NCBI GenBank assembly: GCA_964615275.1
Contig: CAZTMN010000006.1
Coordinates: forward strand, 868-64,867
Length of the DNA stretch: 64,000 nucleotides
Reading direction: 5' to 3'
DNA from: an uncultured Beijerinckia sp.
GTDB taxonomy: Bacteria > Pseudomonadota > Alphaproteobacteria > Rhizobiales > Beijerinckiaceae
The notes beneath the pieces are model-generated. The model was given only the letters and a program-made list of their open reading frames with translations, did no database searches and had not been told where the DNA came from. The position numbers and the translations under genes are program-made. Of the stretch, positions 56,947 through 64,000 are shown piece after piece. The stretch's first letter is position 1, and each line of letters opens with the position of its first letter.

Positions 56947-57333
56947 TTAAGCGAAACGCTGCATTCCGATCCACAGGAGCAAGGCTGCCGCGAGCACCCA
57001 GATGACTGCCACCGCAATTATCCCGGCGCGGCTCGTTGGCCGCGCCGTCATTATTTCCGCCTGCCTGCGCAGTTCGGCGAATATGTCCGCCGGTATTAAT
57101 TTCACTGCGATAAGGATGCCGAGCGGTACAAGTATCAGATCGTCGACATAGCCCAGCACCGGAATAAAATCCGGGATGAGGTCAATAGGCGACAGGGCAT
57201 AGGCGGCGACCACAGCTGCCAGCATTTTCGCGTATCCCGGCACGCGCGGGTCGCGCGCCGCCAACCACAGGGCGATGACATCGCGTTTGACTGTCCGCGC
57301 CCAAACTTTTAATCGCGCAAGCAATGTTCTCAC
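56947..57333 (-). CDS. YkvA/DUF1232 family membrane protein
   Basis: YALSPIDLIPDFIPVLGYVDD. Confidence 0.92.
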   Translation of the reverse strand: MRTLLARLKVWARTVKRDVIALWLAARDPRVPGYAKMLAAVVAAYALSPIDLIPDFIPVLGYVDDLILVPLGILIAVKLIPADIFAELRRQAEIMTARPTSRAGIIAVAVIWVLAAALLLWIGMQRFA

Positions 57334-57962
57334 GCTTTGGGCTCCAATCCGCCCATCAACCCGCTTGCTACCAGCCGCTCATAATCCCCAGGTTCATCGA
57401 CATCCCAGACCGTTCGTAACTCACGCCAGTCGTATTCCAGGCGCAAAAGCCGCCGGCGGGTTTCGTTCATGACCTCCGCGGTGCTCCACACCATATCCGT
57501 GAATATCTCCGGGCAGGGCTCGGCAAGACCAACCAGTCCATAGCCGCCATCCTGCGCCGGCAGGAAAACCGCCCCGGCCCCGTCATCAAGCGCCTGTGCG
57601 GCATGCTCCAGGTCTGCCGCCGTGATGCAGGGGCTGTCGGTGCCTATCAGGATCAATGGGTTCTTTGCGTTTTGAAACGCATGGTCCATGCGGGCGCCGA
57701 GGTCAGCGCCTCGCTGGGCCAATAATTCGATGTCGAATTGCGCAGCGCATTGGGCAAAGAACGGATGCGCCACATCTGGCGAACACCATAATTCGACCTT
57801 TTCCGCCGCCGTTGCCACCGCGGTTTTCAACGCGTGTATTGTCAGCCTGGCTTGCAGTTCCGCGGCACCCTCCGGTCCCAGACGCGGAATCAGCCGCGTT
57901 TTGCACTGGCCTGCTACAGGCGCGCGCGCAAATATCGCGATTTTGAACCCAGCTCCTGTCAT
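57330..57962 (-). CDS. TIGR04282/DUF2064 family glycosyltransferase-like protein
   Basis: IFARAPVAGQCKTRL, QRGADLGARM, LIGTDSP, PAQDGGYGLVG and DVDEPGD. Confidence 0.88.
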   Translation of the reverse strand: MTGAGFKIAIFARAPVAGQCKTRLIPRLGPEGAAELQARLTIHALKTAVATAAEKVELWCSPDVAHPFFAQCAAQFDIELLAQRGADLGARMDHAFQNAKNPLILIGTDSPCITAADLEHAAQALDDGAGAVFLPAQDGGYGLVGLAEPCPEIFTDMVWSTAEVMNETRRRLLRLEYDWRELRTVWDVDEPGDYERLVASGLMGGLEPKA

Positions 57963-58639
57963 GCCTGGTCCCCGCGCGGCCTGTAACCGTAGCGCCGTGC
58001 CAGTCCGGCCGGATCGGCGCCGAAGAAATAGGCCGCCCGCAGCCGCCACATCGTCCATATTGTCCGCAGGACGCCGTGTTTTTCCCAGCGCCGGCCCGAG
58101 GTTGAAACCCTTTCGCGCAGGCACAGCGGACGCCCGAAGCGCTTCAACCGCTTTGACATCGCGATGTCTTCCATCAGCGCAATGTCGGGAAATCCGCCCG
58201 TGGTTTCAAATATGTCGCGCCGGACAAAAATCGCCTGGTCACCGGTCGCGATGCCGGTGAGCCGCGAGCGCAGGTTCATCAATGCCGCGACTATTGGCAA
58301 CAGGAAGTGATTGCCTTCGATCTCTACGTCAAAACGGCCCCAGTTGTGGCCGGTCCTTGCCATGTTCTCCAGCATCGCTTCGAGGCCCCCCTGCGGCAGG
58401 CGGGTATCGGCGTGCAGGAACAGCAAAATGTCATTCGATGCTGCGGCAGCGCCGGCATTCATCTGGCTTCCCCGGCCGCGCGGCGCTGTTATGAGTGCAT
58501 CGCACAGGGCGCGCGCCCGCGCGGCTGTCTCATCGCTGCTGCCGCCATCGGCGACAATGATGCTTGCGCCTTGCCGGCGCGCTGGGGCCAGCGCGTCAAG
58601 GCAATCTTTAATCGCCTGCGCCTCGTTGAGCACAGGCAC
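57959..58639 (-). CDS. TIGR04283 family GT2 glycosyltransferase (start uncertain)
   Basis: IVPVLNE, DGGSSD, GRGSQMNAGA, FLHADT, GDQAIF, MEDI and TSGRRW. The frame continues upstream through a 15-bp repeat to a stop at 58715 with no ATG. Confidence 0.88.
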   Translation of the reverse strand: MPVLNEAQAIKDCLDALAPARRQGASIIVADGGSSDETAARARALCDALITAPRGRGSQMNAGAAAASNDILLFLHADTRLPQGGLEAMLENMARTGHNWGRFDVEIEGNHFLLPIVAALMNLRSRLTGIATGDQAIFVRRDIFETTGGFPDIALMEDIAMSKRLKRFGRPLCLRERVSTSGRRWEKHGVLRTIWTMWRLRAAYFFGADPAGLARRYGYRPRGDQA

Positions 58640-58642
58640 AAT

Positions 58643-58681
58643 GATTGCCAGGTTCTGGATTGCCAGGTTCTGGATTGCCAG
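58643..58681. repeat. 15-bp tandem repeat (2.6 copies)
   Basis: GATTGCCAGGTTCTG twice plus GATTGCCAG. It encodes NLAIQ-NLAIQ-NLAI on the minus strand. Confidence 0.85.
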
Positions 58682-58949
58682 ATTTCTCAGCGTTCCGGTC
58701 CCGCTGCTGTTGATTCAGGCGCCTCTGGCCGGTTCCAGCCAGCGAAGCCGCTTATAAAGCAATTGACGCGCCCGGAAAGGCGTGCCACCGGAATATCTGG
58801 AACGGGGGCAAATATCCGGGCCGCGCAAGCCATCGAACTGGACGTCGCTATCGTCCAGGAGCGCTTGGCTGTGCCGCATGGAAACCGGTCTTGCCAAGCC
58901 AGACACAAACGCCGCGCACGCATTGCGCGCACAGATCGGGAGGTAACGC

Positions 58950-60707
58950 ATGCCGTATTTGGATACGCCGGAAGGCCAGCCGGATGACAAGATCGCCTGG
59001 GGGTCGGATGTCGCGGCGCAGATGTTGCGCCGCTGTGGTATAAAATACGTCGCGCTCAATCCCGGCGCCAGTTACCGGGGCTTCCACGATTCCATCGTCA
59101 ACCATTTGGGCAACCGCGATCCGGGCATGTTGCTGTGCCTGCACGAAGATCATGCGGTCGGTGTTGCCCATGGCTACGCCAAGGCGTCCGGCGTGCCGAT
59201 GGGTGCAATCGTTCATTCCAACGTCGGGCTCATGCACGGCCACATGGCGATTTTCAACGCGTTCTGCGACCGCGTTCCATTGATGATCATGGGCGCAACG
59301 GGCCCGATGGATTCCCATCAGCGCCGCCCGTGGATCGACTGGATTCACACCTCCGCCGATCAGGCGAGCATCATTCGCGAGATTATCAAGTACGACAACC
59401 AGCCATCCTCGCCGGAAGGCATCGTCGACGCCATGTCGCGAGCCTACATCCTGACCCGCACTCAGCCATCTGCTCCGGTCTATGTCGTGCTCGACGCGGG
59501 ATTGCAGGAAAGTTCCCTGGAAACCGTGCCGGACATTCCGGACATGAGCCGTCACCAGCCGCCGGGCAATGTACACGCTGCTCCCGCTGATATCGCTGCG
59601 ATTGCGGACATGCTCAAGGGCGCCGAACGGCCGGTGATTTTATTTGGCCGGGGCAGCCGCAAACGGGAAGACTGGGACGCGCGCGTCCAACTGGCGGAGG
59701 CCACAGGCGCTTGCGTCATGACCGACCTGAAGCTGGCGGCGGCATTTCCGACCGATCATCCAGCCCATGTCATCGAGCCCTACAACCAGGCCGGCAAGGT
59801 GGAGCGTGAAATCATCGCCGATGCGGATTTGATCCTCGCGCTCGAATGGGTCGATGCCGGCGGTCTGCTGTGCGCCCCGAATGCCGTTGGCAATACTCAC
59901 GCAAAGATCGTTCAGGTATCGCTGGATCACCATCTGCACAACGGCGCCCATTCGGTCTACCAGCTTATGTCGCCAGCTGATCTGCGTATCTCCGCGTCAT
60001 CCGATGCGGTGGTGGCTGACCTTAACGCCACGCTCGGCGCAGGGTCGAAAAAGCCATGGCGCGATGCAGTCAAAAAGAACCGCAAGGGTGATCCCGACCG
60101 CATCACCATGGTTTCGGTTTGCGAGACGCTGCGCGGCGCCGTGGACGATCCGGACGAGATTTGCCTGGCTGCGGTCAGCCGCGGCTGGCCTTGCGAAATG
60201 TGGCCGCACACCGGCCCGCACGCCTATATGGGCAAGGACGGTGGCGGCGGCATCGGCTCCGGTCCGTCCATCTCGATCGGCGTTGCGCTGGCAAACGATG
60301 ATGCCGGACGCAAGACCGTGGCTGTGCTCGGCGACGGCGATTTCATGATGGGCGGCCACGCGATTTACACTGCGGTGAAGCACAAAATTCCGCTTCTGGT
60401 GCTGATCAACAACAACCAGTCCTATTTCAATGACGAGTTGCATCAGGAAACGGTCGCCAAGCGGCGCAATCGGCCGGTTTCCAACCGCTGGATTGGCCAG
60501 GCCATGACCGATCCGATACTTGATATCGCCAAATTTGTCGAAGCCCAGGGCGCTACCGGCATCGGTCCGGTCACCGACCCCAAGGACCTGCAGGCAGCGA
60601 TCGAAAAAGGCGTCGCCGTATTGAATGCAGGCGGCGTCGCGGTGGTCGATATTCACGTACCTCCGGGCGACCGCGGGACGGCCTCGACAGGCCTGAGGAA
60701 CACGTAG
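58950..60707 (+). CDS. Thiamine diphosphate-dependent enzyme (ALS/benzoylformate decarboxylase-like)
   Basis: LNPGASYRG, CLHEDHAV and the ThDP motif LGDGDFMM...NN. Confidence 0.9.
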   Translation: MPYLDTPEGQPDDKIAWGSDVAAQMLRRCGIKYVALNPGASYRGFHDSIVNHLGNRDPGMLLCLHEDHAVGVAHGYAKASGVPMGAIVHSNVGLMHGHMAIFNAFCDRVPLMIMGATGPMDSHQRRPWIDWIHTSADQASIIREIIKYDNQPSSPEGIVDAMSRAYILTRTQPSAPVYVVLDAGLQESSLETVPDIPDMSRHQPPGNVHAAPADIAAIADMLKGAERPVILFGRGSRKREDWDARVQLAEATGACVMTDLKLAAAFPTDHPAHVIEPYNQAGKVEREIIADADLILALEWVDAGGLLCAPNAVGNTHAKIVQVSLDHHLHNGAHSVYQLMSPADLRISASSDAVVADLNATLGAGSKKPWRDAVKKNRKGDPDRITMVSVCETLRGAVDDPDEICLAAVSRGWPCEMWPHTGPHAYMGKDGGGGIGSGPSISIGVALANDDAGRKTVAVLGDGDFMMGGHAIYTAVKHKIPLLVLINNNQSYFNDELHQETVAKRRNRPVSNRWIGQAMTDPILDIAKFVEAQGATGIGPVTDPKDLQAAIEKGVAVLNAGGVAVVDIHVPPGDRGTASTGLRNT

Positions 60708-60734
60708 AAAACTGTAATAAAAGAGAAAATATGG

Positions 60735-60763
60735 CCGGTCGCAATCTTGCGGCCGGTTTTTTT
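60735..60763 (+). terminator. Intrinsic terminator
   Basis: CCGGTCGCAA-TC-TTGCGGCCGG followed by T7. Confidence 0.75.
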
Positions 60764-60800
60764 GTGACAGAAAGCGAGGCAGAAAATCCCCAATTTGCAA

Positions 60801-60839
60801 CATTATTGTTTCATAAAAATGTTTTTAGAAACAATTATG
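60801..60839. promoter_or_regulatory. Imperfect inverted repeat, probable TA operator
   Basis: ATTGTTTC-A-TAAAAA-TG-TTTTTA-GAAACAAT with CAT/ATG flanks, in AT-rich DNA upstream of the antitoxin. Confidence 0.55.
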
Positions 60840-60909
60840 ATATATGCTTGTGAAGTACGGTGCGAAAAAGCGGGTCGAAGACACGCTGACCTGGTCCCGG
60901 AGCAAGCAA

Positions 60910-61245
60910 ATGAACGCTATCGTCCGGTTTATCGATGCGCTGACTTCAGAAGGCGGGCTCAAAGGCATTGATATCGCGAACATTACCGACGTTTCCAAGG
61001 CAACCGTTTCGCGCTGGAAGGCTGGCGATATCAAGCCGCAACCGCGCAACGAGCTGATCCTGTCCGATCTGCACTATGTCGTCGGCCGTTTGCGCGATTT
61101 CTACAGCCCGGCGGAAATCCGCACCTGGCTCTACGCCCGCCACCCTCAGTTGAATGGCGAGCGGGCCATAGATCTCATCCACGACGACCGGACCCTCGAA
61201 GTGCTGACCGTAATCGACCGGCTTGAAAACGAGGTCTACATCTAG
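60910..61245 (+). CDS. Xre/MbcA/ParS-type antitoxin (HTH plus DUF2384-like domain)
   Basis: HTH IANITDVSKATVSRWKAG and C-terminal WLYARHPQLNGERAIDLI. Confidence 0.85.
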   Translation: MNAIVRFIDALTSEGGLKGIDIANITDVSKATVSRWKAGDIKPQPRNELILSDLHYVVGRLRDFYSPAEIRTWLYARHPQLNGERAIDLIHDDRTLEVLTVIDRLENEVYI

Positions 61246-61248
61246 CCG

Positions 61249-61809
61249 ATGGCTCGCCCGCCTGTCCGCCGCCGCCGCGACAACAAGCTCCTCGACGCCA
61301 TTGAAGCGATCGAGCCGGTAGCATGGTCCGGCGCGGTCTGGCGTGTCGTACGGCAAGGGCGCGATCCGCTGCAATGTTCGAGATCCGGCGGCCGCTGGGA
61401 CGACGGCACCTTTGACGTCCTCTACACCGCACAGGAGCTCGACGGTGCGATTGAGGAAATGCGTTTTCACCTGATGCGCGGACAACCGATATTTCCCTCG
61501 CAGGTTCGCTACAGGCTACATGAGCTAAATATCGCGCTGGCGCGTTCGCTGCGGCTGCTTGACCTGGATGCCCTTGCAGCGCTTGCCCTGGACACGGCCC
61601 GTTACGGTCAATTGTCCTGGCAGGAAAAGAACGCTGAATACCCGCGGTCCCAGGATGTCGCCGAAGCCGCGCACTTTCTCGACTATGACGGCTTGATCCT
61701 TCCAAGCGCCCGCCATGCCAGTCTGAACGTCGTTGTGTTCTGCGACCGCGTGCCACCACAGGCTATGGAGGCGGTAGCAGACCATGGACTTGTCGACTGG
61801 AACGGGTGA
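61249..61809 (+). CDS. RES domain toxin (MbcT/ParT-like, NAD+-consuming family)
   Basis: R in VWRVV, GGRWD, VLYTA, E in AIEEM and S in LILPSAR. It lies directly downstream of the antitoxin. Confidence 0.85.
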   Translation: MARPPVRRRRDNKLLDAIEAIEPVAWSGAVWRVVRQGRDPLQCSRSGGRWDDGTFDVLYTAQELDGAIEEMRFHLMRGQPIFPSQVRYRLHELNIALARSLRLLDLDALAALALDTARYGQLSWQEKNAEYPRSQDVAEAAHFLDYDGLILPSARHASLNVVVFCDRVPPQAMEAVADHGLVDWNG

Positions 61810-61836
61810 TTTCCGCTGCGGCGATTGTTCCCAAAC

Positions 61837-62463
61837 CTACAATTTTCTGAATACCACGCTCAGGTTGTTCGCCGGCATTTCGATCACCTGCGGCGCGCCA
61901 AAGCCGTTCCGGCCGGCGCAAGCCGCTACGTCCGCGAGGTCTCGCACACCGAAATCAACGCTTTGACCCTTTAGCCAGCCCTCGAATTTCTCGTTGCTCG
62001 GCGCGGTATGCCTGCCGTCTCGCTTGTAAGGACCATAGAGGTAAAGCGGACTGCCCTGTGGTAACAGCCTGGCGGCGCCGCGCATCAACCCTTCGGTTGC
62101 CGTCCAGGGCGAAATATGGATCATGTTGATGCACAGCACCGCATCGGCTGATTGCACCGGCCAGTCGCCCGCCGCCGCGTCCACGGCGATCGGTGGCAGA
62201 ATATTCGCAAGCGCTTCATGGGCGATCCAGGCTGCTATGCTTTCGCCCGCGGCGGGATCGGGATCGCTCGGCAGAAACGTAAGGTGCGGAAATGATCGCG
62301 CGAAATGCACCACATGCTCGCCGCTGCCTTCGGCTATCTGCAGGATTGTTCCCGCTTCCGGCAATACCCCCTGCAGTACCTTGGCGATAGCCTCGCGATT
62401 GCGCTGAGCTGACGGTGCAAAACGCCGCGCATCTGATTGTTCACTGGCCTGCCGGTCCGTCAT
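61837..62463 (-). CDS. DUF938 family SAM-dependent methyltransferase-like protein
   Basis: APSAQRNREAI, IAEGSGEH, INMIHISPW, LYGPY and MPANN. Confidence 0.9.
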   Translation of the reverse strand: MTDRQASEQSDARRFAPSAQRNREAIAKVLQGVLPEAGTILQIAEGSGEHVVHFARSFPHLTFLPSDPDPAAGESIAAWIAHEALANILPPIAVDAAAGDWPVQSADAVLCINMIHISPWTATEGLMRGAARLLPQGSPLYLYGPYKRDGRHTAPSNEKFEGWLKGQSVDFGVRDLADVAACAGRNGFGAPQVIEMPANNLSVVFRKL

Positions 62464-62628
62464 TGCGTGTTCCTGTTCATGTCGCGGCAACCAGGGCCGG
62501 CTTGGCCTCGCGGGGCAAAACTCGCGGTGCAAAAAATGGCTTCCCTTCCGGCCCGTGATGCTCTTTTATGCGCTTGGGCGGAGCGCCCTTATCATCTTAA
62601 CGCGCGTTCGCATAATTGAGAGGGTACT

Positions 62629-63303
62629 ATGGGAGAAAATATCAGACTTACGGCCAAGGATGGCTTTGAACTGGGCGCCTATGTTGCCAAGCCGGCTGGC
62701 GCCCCTAAGGGTGCTATCATCGACATTCAGGAAATCTTTGGCGTCAATCAACACATGCGGGCCGATACGGATCGTTACGCCGCCGCCGGATATCTGGCAA
62801 TTGCGCCGCAGCTTTACGACCGCGTCGAACCCAACGTCGAACTCGGTTACACAGGAGACGAGCCCAAGAAGGGCATGGATATCCGCGCCAAAACCGAGAT
62901 GGACAAGGTTTTGATGGATATCCAGGCTGCCATTGATCACGTCAAGTCGGCTGGCAAGATCGGCGTGGTCGGTTATTGCTGGGGCGGCACGCTGACTTTT
63001 GCTTCCGCGGTGAATCTGCCAGATGTTGCTGCCGCAGTAGCCTATTACGGCGGCGGCGTACCTGATATGGCCGACCAGAAGCCGAACTGCCCGACGATGA
63101 TGCATTTCGGCGACCAGGATCACGGCATTCCGATGGACAAGGTAGCCGTCGTTCAGGAAAAGCGTGGCGGCGATTGCGAAATCCATGTCTATGAAGGCGC
63201 TGGACATGGCTTCAACTGCGATGAGCGCGCCTCCTGGCATGAAAGCGCGGCGAAGACAGCGCAGCAGCGTTCGCTGGACTTCTTCGGCAAGCATCTGGGC
63301 TGA
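62629..63303 (+). CDS. Dienelactone hydrolase family protein
   Basis: IQEIFGVN, nucleophile GYCWGG, GDQD and AGHGFNCDER. Confidence 0.93.
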   Translation: MGENIRLTAKDGFELGAYVAKPAGAPKGAIIDIQEIFGVNQHMRADTDRYAAAGYLAIAPQLYDRVEPNVELGYTGDEPKKGMDIRAKTEMDKVLMDIQAAIDHVKSAGKIGVVGYCWGGTLTFASAVNLPDVAAAVAYYGGGVPDMADQKPNCPTMMHFGDQDHGIPMDKVAVVQEKRGGDCEIHVYEGAGHGFNCDERASWHESAAKTAQQRSLDFFGKHLG

Positions 63304-63328
63304 CTTCGGCCTGGCCCATCGAGGGCAT

Positions 63329-63369
63329 GACGACCCCGTTTCGCGCCAGTGAAGCGGGGTCGTTGTTTT
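63329..63369 (+). terminator. Hairpin terminator
   Basis: GACGACCCCGTTTCGC-GCCA-GTGAAGCGGGGTCGTT followed by GTTTT. Confidence 0.65.
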
Positions 63370-63485
63370 GGCGTGTTGCGGGTACGCAGCCTTTAATTGA
63401 TTGCGGTCAAGGCATTTGCGCTATCGGCTTGGACGCCCGCTAGGCGCAGTGGTAGAAGAACGGAAAGCATGTCCGGAGGCACGCC

Positions 63486-64000
63486 ATGATCATCAAGAAC
63501 CAGACCCAGTTGACTGAAGCCGTCATGGAAGTGATGCGCACCAGCGGCGAAGACGCCCGGTTTCAGGAAATCATGACCTCGCTGGTCAAGCACCTGCATG
63601 CCTTCGTCAAGGAAGTGAAGCTGACCGAGAAGGAATTTCAACTCGGTGTCGAGCAGATCATCAAGGTGGGTCAACAGTGCAACGATTCGCATAACGAAGT
63701 GGTGTTGATGGCTGGCTCGCTCGGCGTTTCCCAGCTTGTGTGCCTGCTCAACAATACCGACGATGTCGATGGCGACACGACCGCCAATCTGCTTGGCCCG
63801 TTCTGGCGCGATCACACGCCGCCGGCGGAAAACGGATCCTCCATCGTCCGTTCGGAGACGCTGGGCGAGGACATGTTCGTCAAGGGCACCGTCACCGACG
63901 ACGACGGCACGCCGGTTTCCGGGGCAAGGGTCGATATCTGGCACTCGGCTACCAATGGCCTGTATGAACAACAGGACGCCGATCAGGTCGAGATGAACCT
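63486..64000 (+). CDS. Intradiol ring-cleavage dioxygenase (hydroxyquinol/catechol 1,2-dioxygenase-like), 3'-partial
   Basis: Missing from the ORF track because it runs off the window. RBS GGAGG, then MIIKNQ...LVKHLHAFVKEVKLTEKEF...GPF...VDIWHSATNGLYEQQD. Confidence 0.9.
   Translation, partial: MIIKNQTQLTEAVMEVMRTSGEDARFQEIMTSLVKHLHAFVKEVKLTEKEFQLGVEQIIKVGQQCNDSHNEVVLMAGSLGVSQLVCLLNNTDDVDGDTTANLLGPFWRDHTPPAENGSSIVRSETLGEDMFVKGTVTDDDGTPVSGARVDIWHSATNGLYEQQDADQVEMN

Noticed and set aside
58687-58932. 81-aa Cys-containing ORF upstream of the GT2 gene as a ferredoxin
   Set aside because: The Cys spacing matches no Fe-S motif, there is no clear RBS, and it occupies the divergent promoter region.

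Overview
GC-rich chromosomal segment of an alphaproteobacterium (Hyphomicrobiales-like, inferred from gene content and CtrA-type boxes). I saw no rRNA, tRNA, CRISPR array, integrase or transposase. Left to right: (1) a catabolic block with an FAD oxidase, Bug/TctC binding protein, class II aldolase-fold enzyme, YciI, two amidohydrolases, a tandem cupin pair, a MetE-core protein and an orphan EutA-like ASKHA ATPase; (2) a complete fdsGBA-fdhD-fdsD formate dehydrogenase operon; (3) two TRAP transporters flanking an alpha/beta hydrolase-LLM monooxygenase pair; (4) a GTP-derived metabolite cluster (RibA, RibD-reductase, cytochrome b561, methyltransferase, GT4, PTPS-IV-type QueD homolog, MDR dehydrogenase); (5) mdoH plus an unknown exported protein, a KGG stress protein and pterin carbinolamine dehydratase; (6) a c-di-GMP signalling pair with a lesion in each gene; (7) alpha-2-macroglobulin-pbpC, divergent from a peptidoglycan-binding pseudo-protease; (8) an MprF-like flippase, ppk2, SDR-CaiB-cupin, a TIGR04283/TIGR04282 pair, a ThDP enzyme, an Xre/RES toxin-antitoxin pair, DUF938, a dienelactone hydrolase and a partial intradiol dioxygenase. 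The best candidate for an undescribed system is the cupin-cupin-MetE-core-EutA-like module with no ethanolamine ammonia-lyase beside it. The PTPS-IV/RibA/RibD glycosylation cluster is second. Three single-base lesions (TAG in dctP2, TAA in REC-Hpt, a frameshift in the EAL domain) may be real decay or assembly error. All family assignments come from motif recognition by eye, not from database searches.
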